Source: Euprymna scolopes
Taxonomy: Eukaryota
DNA: 64,000 nucleotides
Strand: one strand, 5' to 3'
Assembly (NCBI GenBank): GCA_053919585.1
Contig: CM132825.1
The position numbers and the translations under genes were made by a program. Below the pieces are notes generated by a model. It worked only from the letters and a program-made list of their open reading frames with translations, was not told the origin of the DNA and made no database searches. This document shows positions 34,201-49,200 of the stretch, piece by piece. Each line of letters opens with the position of its first letter. Position 1 is the stretch's first letter.

Positions 34201-37200
34201 GACATCAGTTGATACTGGAAGAGAGAGTCAATTGGCTGCTTAGTAGGACATCAGTTGATACTGGAAGAGAGTTTCAGTTAGCTGCTTAGTAGGACATCAG
34301 TTGATACTGGAAGAGAGTGTCAGTTGGCTGCTTAGTAGGAAATCAGTTGATACTGGAAGAGAGTATCATTTGGCTGCTTAGTAGGACATCAGTTGATACT
34401 GTAAGAGAGAGTCAATTGGCTACTTAGTAGGACATCAGTATATACTAGAAGAGATTGTCAGTTGGCTGCTTAGTAGGAAATCTGTTGATACTGGAAGAGA
34501 GAGTCAATTGGCTACTTAGGAGGACATCAGTTGATACTGGAAGAGAGAGTCAATTGGCTACTACGTAGGACACCAGTTGATACTGGAAGAGAGAGTCAAT
34601 TGGCTGCTTAGAAGGACATCAGTTTATACTGTAAGAGAGAGTCAATTAGCAGCTTAGTAAGACATCAGTTGATACTGGAAGAGAGTGTCAGTTGGCTCCT
34701 TAATAGGACATCAGTTGATACTGAAAGAGAGAGTCAATTGGCTACTTAGTAGGATATCAGTTGATACTGGAAGAGAGTGTCAATTGGCTGCTTAGTAGGA
34801 CATCAGTTGATACTGGAAGAGAGTGTCAGTTGACTGCTTAGTAGGACATCAGTTGATACTGGAAGAGAGTGTCAATTGGCTACTTAGTAGGACATCAGTT
34901 CGTACTGGAAGAGAGAGTCAATTGGCTACTTAGTAGGACATCAGTTGGTACTGGAAGAGATTATCATTTGGCTGCTTAGTAGGACATCAGTTGATACTGG
35001 AAGAGAGTGTCAGTTGGCTGCTTAGTAGGACATCAGTTGATACTGGAAGAGAGTGTCAATTGGCTGCTTAGTAGGACATCAGTTGATACTGGAAGAGAGA
35101 GTCAATTGGCTGCTTAGTAGGACATCAGTTGATACTGGAAGAGAGTGTCAATTGGCTGCTTAGTAGGACATCAGTTGATACTGGAAGAGAGAGTCAATTG
35201 GCTGCTTAGTAGGACATCAGTTGATACTGGAAGAGAGTGTCAGTTGGCTGCTTAGTAGGACATCAGTTGATACTGGAAGAGAGTGTAAGTTGGCTGCTTA
35301 GTAGGACATCAGTTGATACTGGAAGAGAGTGTCAATTGGCTGCTTAGTAGGACATCAGTTGATACTGGAAGAGAGAGTCAATTGGCTGCTTAGTAGGACA
35401 TAAGTCTATACTAGAAGAGAGTGTCAGTTGGCTGCTTAGTAGGACATCAGTTGGTACTGGAAGAGAGTATCATTTGGCTGCTTAATAGGACATCAGTTGA
35501 TACTGGAAGAGAGAGTCAATTGGCTACTTAGTAGGACATCAGTTGATACTGGAAGAGAGTGTCAGTTGGCGGCTAAGTAGGACATCAGTTGATACTGGAC
35601 GAGAGTGTCAGTTGACTGCTTAGTAGGACATCAGTTGATACTGGAAGAGAGAGTCAGTTGGCTACTTAGTAGGACATCAGTTGATCTGGAAGAGAGTGTA
35701 AGTTGGCTGCTTAGTAGGACATCAGTTAATATTTGAAGAGAGTGTCAGTGTGCTGCTTAGTAGGACATCAGTTGATACTGGAAGAGAGAGTCAGTTTGCT
35801 GCTTAGTAGGACATCAGTTGATACTGGAAGAGAGTGTCAGTTGGCTGCTTAGTAGGACATCAGTTGATACTGGAAGAGAGAGTCAGTTGGCTGCTTAGTA
35901 GGACATCAGTTGGTACTGGAAGATAGTGTCAGTTGTCTACTTAGTAGGACATCAGTTGATACTGGAAGAGAGAGTCAATTGGCTACTTAGTAGGACATCC
36001 GTTGATACTGGGAGAGAGTGTCAGTTGGCTGCTTAGTAAGACATCAGTTGATACTGGAAGAGAGAGTCAATTGGCTACTTAGTACGACACCAGTTGGTAC
36101 TGGAAGAGAGCATCATTTGGCTGCTTAGTAGGACATCAGTTGATACTGGAAGAGATAGTCAATTGGCTACTAAGTAGGACATCAGTTGATACTGGAATAG
36201 AGTGTCCATTGGCTGCTTAGTAGGACATCAGTTGATACTGGAAGAGAGAGTCAATTGGCTGCTTAGTAGGACATCAGTTGATACTGGAAGAGAGTTTCAG
36301 TTAGCTGCTTAGTAGGACATCAGTTCATACTGGAAGAGAGTGTCAGTTGGCTGCTTAGTAGGAAATCAATTGATACTGGAAGAGAGTATCATTTGGCTGC
36401 TTAGTAGGACATCAGTTGATACTGGAAGAGAGAGTCAATTGGCTACTTAGTAGGACATCAGTCTATACTAGAAGAGATTGTCAGTTGGCTGCTTAGTAGG
36501 AAATCAGTTGATACTGGAAGAGAGAGTCAATTGGCTACTTAGGAGGACATCAGTTGATACTGGAAGAGAGAGTCAATTGGCTACTTAGTAGGACATCAGT
36601 TGATACTGGAAGAGAGAGTCAATTGGCTGCTTAGTAGGACATCAGTTGATACTGGAAGAGAGTGTCAGTTGGCTGCTTAGTAGAACATCAATTGATACTG
36701 GAAGAGAGTGTCAGTTGACTGCTTAGTAGGACATCAGTTGATACTGGAAGAGAGTGTCAATTGGCTATTAGTAGGACATCAGTTCGTACTGGAAGAGAGA
36801 GTCAATTGGCTACTTAGTAGGACATCAGTTGGTACTGGAAGAGATTATCATTTGGCTGCTTAGTAGGACATCAGTGTATACTGGAAGAGAGTGTCAGTTG
36901 GCTGCTTAGTAGGACATCAGTTGATACTGGAAGAGAGTGTCAATTGGCTGCTTAGTAGGACATCAGTTGATACTGGAAGAGAGAGTCAATTGGCTGCTTA
37001 GTAGGACATCAGTTGATACTGGAAGAGAGTGTCATTTGGCTGCTTAGTAGGACATCAGTTGATACTGGAAGAGAGAGTCAATTGGCTGCTTAATAGGACA
37101 TCAGTGTATACTGGAAGAGAGTGTCAGTTGGCTGCTTAGTAGGACATCAGTTGATACTGGAAGAGAGTGTAAGTTGGCTGCTTAGTAGGACATCAGTTGA

Positions 37201-40200
37201 TACTGGAAGAGAGTGTCAATTGGCTGCTTAGTAGGACATCAGTTGATACTGGAAGAGAGAGTCAATTGGCTGCTTAGTAGGACATAAGTCTATACTAGAA
37301 GAGAGTGTCAGTTGGCTGCTTAGTAGGAAATCAGTGTATACTGGAAGAGAGAGTCAATTGGCTACTTAGTAGGACATCAGTTGATACTGGAAGAGAGAGT
37401 AAATTGGCTACTACGTAGGACATCAGTTGATACTGGAAGAGAGAGTCAATTGGCTGCTTAGTAGGACATCAGTTGCTACTGTAAGAGAGTGTCAATTGGC
37501 TACTTAGTAGGACATCAGTTGGTACTGGAAGAGAGAGTCAATTGGCTACTTAGTAGGACATCAGTTGATACTGGAAGAGACTATCATTTGGCTGCTTAGT
37601 AGGACATCAGTTGATACTGGAAGAGAGTGTCAGTTGGCTGCTTAGTAGGACATCGGTTGATACTGGAAGAGAGTTTACATTGGCTGCTTAGTAGGACATC
37701 AGTTGATACTGGAAGAGAGAGTCAATTGGCTACTTAGTAGGACATCAGTTGGTACTGGAAGAGAGTATCATTTGGCTGCTTAATAGGACATCAGTTGATA
37801 CTGGAAGAGAGAGTAAATTGGCTACTTAGTAGGACATCAGTTGATACTGGAAGAGAGTGTCAGTTGGCGGCTAAGTAGGAAATCAGTTGATACTGGACGA
37901 GAGTGTCAGTTGACTGCTTAGTAGGACATCAGTTGATACTGGAAGAGAGAGTCAGTTGGCTACTTAGTAGGACATCAGTTGATCTGGAAGAGAGTGTCAG
38001 TTGGCTGCTTAGTAGGACATCAGTTAATATTTGAAGAGAGTGTCAGTGTGCTGCTTAGTAGGACATCAGTTGATACTGGAAGAGAGAGTCAGTTTGCTGC
38101 TTAGTAGGACATCAGTTGATACTGGAAGAGAGTGTCAGTTGGCTGCTTAGTAGGACATCAGTTGATACTGGAAGAGAGAGTCAGTTGGCTGCTTAGTAGG
38201 ACATCAGTTGGTACTGGAAGATAGTGTCAGTTGTCTACTTAGTAGGACATCAGTTGATACTGGAAGAGAGAGTCAATTGGCTACTTAGTAGGACATCCGT
38301 TGATACTGGGAGAGAGTGTCAGTTGGCTGTATAGTAAGACATCAGTTGATACTGGAAGAGAGAGTCAATTGGCTACTTAGTACGACACCAGTTGGTACTG
38401 GAAGAGAGCATCATTTGGCTGCTTAGTAGGACATCAGTTGATACTGGAAGAGATAGTCAATTGGCTACTAAGTAGGACATCAGTTAGTACTGGAAGAGAG
38501 TGTACATTGGCTACTTAGTAGGACATCAGTTGATACTCGAAGAGAGTGTCAGTTGGCTGCTTAGTAGGACATCAGTTGATACTGGAATAGAGTGTCCATT
38601 GGCTGCTTAGTAGGACATCAGTTGATACTGGAAGAGAGAGTCAATTGGCTGCTTAGTAGGACATCAGTTGATACTGGAAGAGAGTTTCAGTTAGCTGCTT
38701 AGTAGGACATCAGTTCATACTGGAAGAGAGTGTCAGTTGGCTGCTTAGTAGGAAATCAATTGATACTGGAAGAGAGTATAATTTGGCTGCTTAGTAGGAC
38801 ATCAGTTGATACTGGAAGAGAGAGTCAATTGGCTACTTAGTAGGACATCAGTCTATACTAGAAGAGATTGTCAGTTGGCTGCTTAGTAGGAAATCAGTTG
38901 ATACTGGAAGAGAGAGTCAATTGGCTACTTAGGAGGACATCAGTTGATACTGGAAGAGAGAGTCAATTGGCTACTACGTAGGACATCAGTTGATACTGGA
39001 AGAGAGAGTCAATTGGCTGCTTAGAAGGACATCAGTTTATACTGTAAGAGAGAGTCAATTAGCAGCTTAGTAAGACATCAGTTGATACTGGAAGAGAGTG
39101 TCAGTTGGCTCCTTAATAGGACATCAGTTGATACTGAAAGAGAGAGTAAATTGGCTACTTAGTAGGACATCAGTTGATACTGGAAGAGAGTGTCAATTGG
39201 CTGCTTAGTAGGACATCAGTTGATACTGGAAGAGAGTGTCAATTGGTTGCTTAGTAGGACATCAGTTGATACTGGAAGAGAGAGTCAATTGGCTGCTTAG
39301 TAGGACATAAGTCTATACTAGAAGAGAGTGTCAATTGGCTGCTTAGTAGGAAATCAGTGTATACTGGAAGAGAGAGTCAATTGGCTACTTAGTAGGACAT
39401 CAGTTGATACTGGAAGAGAGAGTAAATTGGCTACTACGTAGGACATCAGTTGATACTGGAAGAGAGAGTCAATTGGCTGCTTAGTAGGACATCAGTTGCT
39501 ACTGTAAGAGAGTGTAAATTGGCTACATAGTAGGACATCAGTTGGTACTGGAAGAGAGAGTCAATTGGCTACTTAGTAGGACATCAGTTGATACTGGAAG
39601 AGACTATCATTTGGCTGCTTAGTAGGACATCAGATGATACTGGAAGAGAGTGTCAGTTGGCTGCTTAGTAGGACATCGGTTGATACTGGAAGAGAGTTTA
39701 CATTGGCTGCTTAGTAGGACATCAGTTGATACTGGAAGAGAGAGTCAATTGGCTACTTAGTAGGACATCAGTTGGTACTGGAAGAGAGTATCATTTGGCT
39801 GCGTAATAGGACATCAGTTGATACTGGAAGAGAGAGTCAATTGGCTACTTAGTAGGACATCAGTTGATACTGGAAGAGAGTGTCAGTTGGCGGCTAAGTA
39901 GGACATCAGTTGATACTGGACGAGAGTGTCAGTTGACTGCTTAGTAGGACATCAGTTGATACTGGAAGAGAGAGTCAGTTGGCTACTTAGTAGGACATCA
40001 GTTGATCTGGAAGAGAGTGTCAGTTGGCCGCTTAGTAGGACATCAGTTAATATTTGAAGAGAGTGTCAGTGTGCTGCTTAGTAGGACATCAGTTGATACT
40101 GGAAGAGAGAGTCAGTTTGCTGCTTAGTAGGACATCAGTTGATACTGGAAGAGAGTGTCAGTTGGCTGCTTAGTAGGACATCAGTTGATACTGGAAGAGA

Positions 40201-43200
40201 GAGTCAATTGGCTACTTAGTAGGACATCAGTTGATACTGGGAGAGAGTGTCAGTTGGCTGCTTAGTAAGACATCAGTTGATACTGGAAGAGAGAGTCAAT
40301 TGGCTACTTAGTAGGACATCAGTTGATACTCGAAGAGAGTGTCAGTTGGCTGCTTAGTAGGACATCAGTTGATACTGGAATAGAGTGCCCATTGGCTACT
40401 TAGTAGGACATCAGTTTATACTGGAAGAGGGAGTCAATTGGCTACTTAGCAGGACATCAGTTGGAACTGGAAGATAGTGTCAGTTGGCTACTTAGTAGTA
40501 CATCAGTTTATACTGGGAGAGAGAGTCAATTAGCTACTTAGTAGCACATCAGTTTATACTGGAAGAGAGTGTCAGTTGGCTGCTTAGTAGGACATAAGTT
40601 GATACTGGAAGAGAGAGTCAATTGGCTACTTAGTAGAACATCAGTTGGTACTGGAAGAGAGTATAATTTGGCTGCTTAGTAGGACATCAGTTGATACTGG
40701 AAGAGAGAGTCAATTGGCTGCTTAGTAGGACATCAGTTGGTACTGGAAGAGAGTGTCAGTTGGCTACTTAGTAGGACATCAGTTGATACTGGAAGAAAGA
40801 GTCAATTAGCTGCTTAGTAGGACATAAGTTGATACTGGAAGAGAGAGTCAATTAGCTACTTAGTAGGACATCAGTTGATACTGGAAGAGAGTGTCAGTTG
40901 GCTGCTTAATAGGACATCAGTTGATACTGGAAGAGTGAGTCAATTGGCTTCTTAGTACGACATCAGTTGGTACCGGAAGAGAGTATCATTTGGCTGCTTA
41001 GTAGGACATCAGTTGGTACTGGAAGAGAGAGTCAAAAGGCTACTTAGTAGGACATTAGTTGATACTGGAAGAGAGAGTCAACTAGCAACTGAATAGGACA
41101 TCAGTTGATACTAGAAGAGAGTGTCAGTTGGCTGCTTAGTATGACATCAGTTGATACTGGAAGAGAGAGTCAATTGGCTACTTAGTAGGACATCAGTTGG
41201 TACTGTAAGAGAGTATCATTTGGCTGCTTAGTAGGACATCAGTTGATACTGGAAGAGAGAGTCATTTGGCTACTTATTAGGACATCAGTTGATACTGGAA
41301 GAGAGTGTCAGTTGGCTGCTTAGTAGGACATCAATGGTACTAGAAGAGAGTATAATTGTGCTGCTTAGTAGGACATCAGTTGATACTGGAAGAGAGAGTC
41401 AATTAGCAGCTTAGTAAGACATCAGTTGATACTGAAAGAAAGACTCAATTGGCTGCTTAGAAGGACATCAGTTGATACTGGAAGAAAGTGTCAGTTGGCT
41501 GCTTAGTAGGACATGTGTTGATACTGGAAGAGAGAGTCAATTGGGTGCTTAGTAGGACATCAGTTGACACTGGACGAGAGAGTCAATTGGCTACTTAGTA
41601 AGACATCAGTTGATACTGGAAGAGAGTGTCAGTTGGCTGCTTAGTAGGACATAAGTTGATACTGGAAGAGAGAGTCAGTTGGCTGCTTAGTAGGACATCA
41701 GTTGATACTGGAAGAGAGTGTCAGTTTGCTGCTTAGTAGGACATCAGTTGATACTGGAAGAGAGAGTCAATTGGCTACTTAGCAGGACATCAGTTTGTAC
41801 TGGAAGATAGTGTCAGTTGTCTACTTAGTAGGACATCAGTTGATACTGGATGAGAGAGTCAATTTGCTACTTAGTAGGACATCAGTGGATACTGGAAGAG
41901 AGTGTCAGTTGGCTGCTTAGTAAGACATCAGTTTATACTGGAAGAGAGAGTCAATTGGCTACTTAGTAGGACACCAGTTGGTATTGGAAGAGAGTATCAT
42001 TTGGCTGCTTAGTAGGACATAAGTTTATACTGGAAGAAAGATTCAATTAGCTGCTTAGTAGGACATAAGTTGATACTGGAAGAGAGAGTCAATTGGCTGC
42101 TTAGTAGGATATCAGTTGGTACTGGAAGGGAGTGTAAGTTGGCTGCTTTGTAGGACATCAGTTGATACTGGAAGAGAGAGTCAATTAGCAGCTTAGTAAG
42201 ACATCAGATGATACTTAAAGAGAGACTCAATTGGCTGCTTCGTAGGACATAAGTTGATAATGGAAGAGTGTAAGTTGGCTGCTTAGTAGGACATCAGTTG
42301 ATACTGGAAGAGAGAGTCAATTGGCTGCTTAGTAGGACATCAGTTGATACTGGGAGAGAGTGTCAGTTGGCTACTTAGTAGGACATCAGTTGATACTGGA
42401 AGAGAGTGTCAATTGGCTACTTAGTAGGACATCAGTTGATACTGGAAGAGAGAGTCAATTAGCTGCTTAGTAGGACATCAATTGTTATGTGAAAAGAGAG
42501 TCAATTGGCTGCTTAGTAGGACATCAGTTGATACTGGAAGAGAGAGTCAATTGGCTACTTAGTAGGACATCAGTTGGTACTGGAAGGAAGTATCATTTCA
42601 CTGCTTAGTAGGACATCGGTTGATACTGGAAGAATGTGTACATTGGCTGCTTAGTAGGACATAAGTTGATACCGAAAGAGAGAGTCAATTGGCTGCTTAG
42701 TAGGACATCAGTTGATACAGGGAGAGAGAGTCAATTGGCTGCTTAGTAGGAAATCAGTTGATACTGGAAGAGAGTATCAGTTGGCTGCTTAGTAGGACAT
42801 CAGTTTATACTGGCAGACAGTGTAAATTGGCTGCTTAGTAGGACATCAGTTGATACTGGAAGAGAGTGTCAGTTGGCTGCTTAGTAGGACATCAGTTGAT
42901 ACTGGAAGAGAGTTTCAATTGGCTGCTTAGTAGGACATCAGTTGATACTGGAAGAGATAGTCAATTGGCTGCTTTTTAGGACATCAGTCCATACTAGAAG
43001 AGAGTGTCAGTTGGCTGCTTAGTAGGAAATCAGTTGATACTGGAAGAGAGAGTCAATTGGCTACTTAGTACGACACCAGTTGGTACTGGAAGAGAGAGTC
43101 AATTGGCTACTACGTAGGACATCAGTTGATACTGGAAGAGAGAGTCAATTGGCTGCTTAGTAGGACATCAGTTGATACTGGAAGAGAATGTCAATTGGCT

Positions 43201-46200
43201 TCTTAGTAGGACATCAGTTGGTACTGGAAGAGAGAGTCAATTGGCTACTTAGTAGGACATCAGTTTGTACTGGAAGAGACTATCATTTGGCTGCTTAGTA
43301 GGACATCAGTTGATACTGGAAGAGAGTGTCAGTTGGCTGCTTAGTAGGACATCGGTTGATACTGGAAGAGAGTGTACATTGGCTGCTTAGTAGGACATCA
43401 GTTGATACTGAAAGAGAGTGTCAGTTGGCTGCTAAGTAGGACATCAGTTGATACTGGAAGAGAGAGTCAGTTGGCTGCTTAGTAGGACATCAGTGTATAC
43501 TGGAAGAGAGTGTCAGTTGGCTGCTTAGTAGGACATCTATTGATACTGGAAGAGAGATTCAATTAGCTGCTTAGTAGGACATCAGTTTGTACTGGAAAGG
43601 AGAGTCAATTGGCTGCTTAGTAGGACATCAGTTGGTACTGGAAGAGAGTGTCAGTTGGCTGCTTAGTAGGACATCAGTTCATACTGGAAGAGAGTGTCAG
43701 TTGGCTACTTAGTAGGCCATCAGTTCATACTGGAAGAGAGAGTCAATTGGCTACTTAGTAGGACATCAGTTGATATTGGAAAAGAGTGTCAGTTCGCTGC
43801 TTAGTAGGACATCAGTTGATACTGGAAGTGAGTGTCAGTTGGCTTCTTAGTAGGACATCAGTTGATACTGGAAGAGAGAGTCAATTAGCTACTTAGTAGG
43901 ACATCAGTTGATACTGGAAGAGAGTGTCAGTTGGCTGCTTAGTAGGACATCAGTTGATACTGGAATAGTGAGTCAATTGGGTTCTTAGTAGGACATCAGT
44001 TGATACCGGAAGAGAGAGTCAATTAGCTACTTAGTAGGACATCAGTTGATACTGGAAGAGAGTGTCAGTTGGCTGCTTAGTAGGACATCAGTTGATACTG
44101 GAAGAGTGAGTCAATTGGCTTCTTAGTTGGACATCAGTTGGTACTGGAAGAGAGTATCATTTGGCTGCTTAGTAGGACATCAGTTGATACTGGCAGAGAG
44201 AGTCAATTGGCTACTTAGTAGGACATCAGTTGATACTGGAAGAGAGTGTCAGTTGGCTGCTTAGTAGGACATCAGTTGATACTGGAAGAGAGTGTCAGTT
44301 GGCTACTTAGTAGGACATCAGTTGATACTGGAAGAGAGAGTCAATTAGCTACTTAGTAGGACATCAGTTGATACTGGAAGAGAGTGTCAGTTGGCTGCTT
44401 AGAAGGACATCAATTGGTACTGGAAGAGAGTATCATTTGGCTGCTTAGTAGGACATCAGTTGATACTGGAAGAGAGAGTCAATTGGCTGCTTAGTAGGAC
44501 ATCAGTTGATACTGGAAGAGTGTTGCAGTTTGCTGCTACGCATGATATCAGTTGATACTGGAAGAATGTGTCAGTTGGCTGCTTAGTAGGACATCAGTTG
44601 ATACTGGAAGAGATAGTCAATTGGCTACTAAGTAGGACATCAGTTAGTACTGGAAGAGAGTGTACATTGGCTACTTAGTAGGACATCAGTTGATACTCGA
44701 AGAGAGTGTCAGTTGGCTGCTTAGTAGGACATCAGTTGATACTGGAATAGAGTGTCAATTGGCTACTTAGTAGGACATCAGTTTATACTGGAAGAGAGAG
44801 TCAATTGGCTACTTAGCAGGACATCAGTTGGTACTGGAAGATAGTGTCAATTGGCTACTTAGTAGGACATCAGTTGATACTGGGAGAGAGAGTCAATTAG
44901 CTACTTAGTAGGACGTCAGTTTATACTGGAAGAGAGTGTCAGTTGGCTGCTTAGTAGGACATAAGTTGATACTGGAAGAGAGAGTCAATTGGCTACTTAG
45001 TAGAACATCAGTTGGTACTGGAAGAGAGTATAATTTGGCTGCTTAGTAGGACATCAGTTGTTACTGGAAGAGAGAGTCAATTAGCTACTTAGTAGGACAT
45101 CAGTTGATACTGGAAGAGAGTGTCAGTTGGCTGCTTAATAGGACATCAGTTGATACTGGAAGAGTGAGTCAATTCGCTTCTTAGCACGACATCAGTTGGT
45201 ACTGGAAGAGAGTATCATTTGGCTGCTTAGTAGGACATCAGTTGATACTGGAAGAGAGAGTCAATTGGCTACTTAGTAGGACATTAGTTGATACTGGAAG
45301 AGAGAGTCAACTAGCATCTTAATAGGACATCAGTTGATACTAGAAGAGAGTGTCAGGTCGCTGCTTAGTAGGACATCAGTTGATACTGGAAGAGTGAGTC
45401 AATTGGCTACTTAGTAGGACATCAGTTGGTACTGTAAGAGAGTATCATTTGGCTGCTTAGTAGGACATCACTTGATACTGGAAGAGAGAGTCATTTGGCT
45501 ACTTATTAGGACATCAGTTGATACTGGAAGAGAGTGTCAGTTGGCTGCTTAGTAGGACATCAGTTGATACTGGAAGAGAGTGTCAGTTGGCTGCTTAGTA
45601 GGACATCAGTTGATACTGGAAGAGAGAGTAAATTAGCAACTTAGTAGGACATCAGTTGATACTGGAAGAGAGTGTCAGTTGGCTGCTTAGTAGGTTATCA
45701 GTTGGTACTGGAAGAGAGTATCATTTGGCTTCTTAGTAGGACATCAGTTGATACTGGAAGAGAGAGTCAATTGGCTGCTTAGTAGGACATCAGTTGATAC
45801 TGGAAGAGTGTTGCAGTTTGCTGCTACGCAGGATATCAGTTGATACTGGAAGAATGTTTCAGTTGGCTGCTTAGTAGGACATCATTTGATACTGGAAGAG
45901 AGAGTCAATTGGCTAATTAGTAGGACATCAGTTAGTACTGGAGGAGAGTTTCAGTTGGCTACTTAGTAGGACATCAGTTGATACTGGAAGAGAGTGTCAG
46001 TTGGCTGCTTAGTAGGACATCAGTTGATACTGGAACAGAGTGTCAATTGGCTACTTAGTAGGACATCAGTTGATAATGGAGGAGAGTGTCATTTGGCTGC
46101 TTAGGAGGACATCGGTGGATACTGAAAGAGAGAGTCAATTGGCTACTTAGTAGGACATCAGTTGATACTGGAAGAGAAAGTCAATTGGCTACTTAGAAGG

Positions 46201-49200
46201 ACATCAGTTGGTACTGGAAGAGAGTATCATTAGGCTGCTTAGTCGGACATCAGTTGATACTGGAAGAGAATTGCAGTTTGCTGCTACGCAGGTTATCAGT
46301 TAATACTGGAAGAAAGTGTCAGTTGGCTGCTTAGTAGGACATCAGTTGGTACTGGAAGAGAGTATCATTTGGCTGCTTAGTAGGACATCAGTTGTTACTG
46401 GAAGAGAGTGTCAGTTGGCTGCTTAGTAGGACATCGGTTGATACTGGAAGAGAGTGTACATTGGCTGCTTTGTAGGACATCAGTTGATACTGAAAGAAGG
46501 AGTCAATTGGCTGCTTAGTAGGACATCAGTTGATACTGGAAGAGAGTGTCAGTTGGCTGCTTAGTAGGATATCAGTTGATACTGGAAGAGAGTGTCAATT
46601 GGCTACTAATTAGGGCATCAGTTTGTACTGGAAGAGAGTGTCAATTGGCTGCTTAGTAGGACATCAGTTGATACTGGAAGAGAAAGTCAATAATCTGCTT
46701 AGTAGGACATCAGTTGATACTGGAAGAGAGAGTGAATTGGCTGCTTAGTAGGACATCAGTTGATACTGGAAGAGAGTGTCAGTTGGCTTCTTAGTAGGAC
46801 ATCAGTTGATACTGGAAGAGAGTGTCAGTTTGCTGCTTAGTAGGACATCAGTTGATACTGAAACAGAGAGTCAATTGGCTTCTTAGTAGGACATCAGTTG
46901 ATACTGGAAGAGAGTGTCAGCTGGGTGCTTAGTAGGACATCAGTTGATACTGGAAGAGAGAGTCAATTAGCTACTTAGTAGGACATCAGTTGATACTGGA
47001 AGAGAGTGTCTATTGTCTGCTTAGGAGGACATCAGTTGATACTGCAACAGAGAGTCAATTGGCTGCTTAGTAGGACATCAGTTGATACTGGAAGAGAGGG
47101 TCAATTGGCTGCTTAGTAGGACATCAGTTGATACTGGAAGAGAGTGTCGATTGGCTACTTAGTAGGACATCAGTTAGTACTGGAAGAGAGTATCATTTGG
47201 CTACTTAGTAGGACATCAGTTGATACTGGAAGAGAGTGTAAGTCGGCTGCTTAGTAGGACATCAGTTGATACTGGAAGAGAGTTGCAGTTTGCTGCTACG
47301 CAGGATATCAGTTGGTACTGGAAGAATGTGTCAGTTGGCTACTTAGTAGGACATCAGTTCGTACTGGAAGAGAGTATCATTTGGCTGCTTAGTAGGACAT
47401 CAGTTGATACTGGAAGAATGCGTCAGTTGGCTGCTGTGTAGGACATCGGTTGATACTGGAAGAGAATGTACATTGGCTGCTTAGTAGGACATCAGTTGAT
47501 ACTGAAAGAGAGAGTCAATTGGCTGCTTAGTAGGACATCAGTTGATACTGGAAGAGAGTGTCAGTTGGCTGCTTAGTAGGATATCAGTTTATACTGGAAG
47601 AGAGTGTCAATTCGCTGCTTCGTAGGACATCAGTTTATACTGGGAGAGAGAGTTAATTGGCTAATAATTAGGGCATCAGTTTTTACTGGAAGAGAGTGTC
47701 AATTTGCGGCTTAGTAGGACATCAGTTGATACTGGAAGAGAAAGTCAATTAGCTGCTTAGTAGGACATCAGTTGATACTGGAAGAGAGAATCAGTTGGCT
47801 GCTTAGTACGACATCAGTTCATACTGGAAGAGAGTGTCAGTTGGCTGCTTAGTAGGACATCAGTTCATACTGGAAGAGAGAGTCAATTGGCTACTTAGTA
47901 GGACATCAGTTGATAAGAGAGTGTCAGTTGGCTGCTTAGTAGGACATCAGTTCATACTGGAAGAGGGTGTCAGTTGGCTACTTAGTAGAACATCAGTTGA
48001 TACTGGAAGAGAGAGTCAATTGGCTACTTAGTAGGACATAAGTTGATACTGGAAGAGAGTGTCAGTTGGCTGCTTAGTAGGACCAGTTGATACTGGAAAA
48101 GAGGGTCAGTTGGCTACTTAGTAGGACATCAGTTGATACTGGAAGAGAGAGTCAATTAGCTGCTTAGTAGGACATCAGTTGATACTGGATGAGAGAGTCA
48201 ATTGGCGGCTTAGTAGGACGTCAGTTGATACTGGAAGAGAGAGTCAATTGGCTACTTAGTAGGGCATCAGTTGATACTGGAAGAGAGAATCAATTGGCTG
48301 CTTAGTAGGACATCAGTGGATACTGGAAGAGAGTGTCAATTGGCTACTTAGTAGGACATCAGTTGGTACTGGAAAAGAGTATCATTTGGCTGCTTAGTAG
48401 GACATCAGTTGATACTGGAAGAGAGAGTCAATTGGCTGCTTAGTAGGACATCCGTTGATACTGGAAGAGAGTGTCAGCTGGCTGCTTAGTAGGATATCAG
48501 TTTATACTGGAAGAGAGAGTCAATTCGCTGCTTAGTAGGACATCAGTAGATACTGGAAGAGAGAGTCAATTTGCTTCTTAGCAGGGCATCAGTTGATGCT
48601 AGAAGAGAGAGTTAATTGGCTGCTTAGTAGGACATCAGTTTATACTGGAAACGAGTGTCAATTAGCTACTTAGTAGGACATCAGTTGATACTGGGAGAGA
48701 GAGTGAATTGGCTACTAATTAGGGCATAAGTTTGTACTGGAAGAGAGTGTCATTTTGCTGCTTAGTAGGACATCAGTTGATACTGGAAAAGAGAGTCAAT
48801 TAGCTGCTTAGTAGGACATCAGTTGATACTGGAAGAGAGTGTCAGTGGGCTGCTTAGTAGGACATCAGTTGATACTGGAAGAGAGTGTCAGTTGGCTGCT
48901 TAGTAGGACATCAGTTGATACTGGAAGAGAGTGTCAGTTGGCTACTTAGTAGGACATCAGTTGATACTGGAAGAGAGAGTCAATTAGCTACTTAGTAGGA
49001 CATCAGTTGATACTGGAAGAGAGTGTCAGTTGGCTGCTTAGAAGGACATCAATTGGTACTGGAAGAGAGTATCATTTGGCTGCTTAGTAGGACATCAGTT
49101 GATACTGGAAGAGAGAGTCAATTGGCTGCTTAGTAGGACATCAGTTGATACTGGAAGAGTGTTGCAGTTTGCTGCTACGCATGATATCAGTTGATACTGG

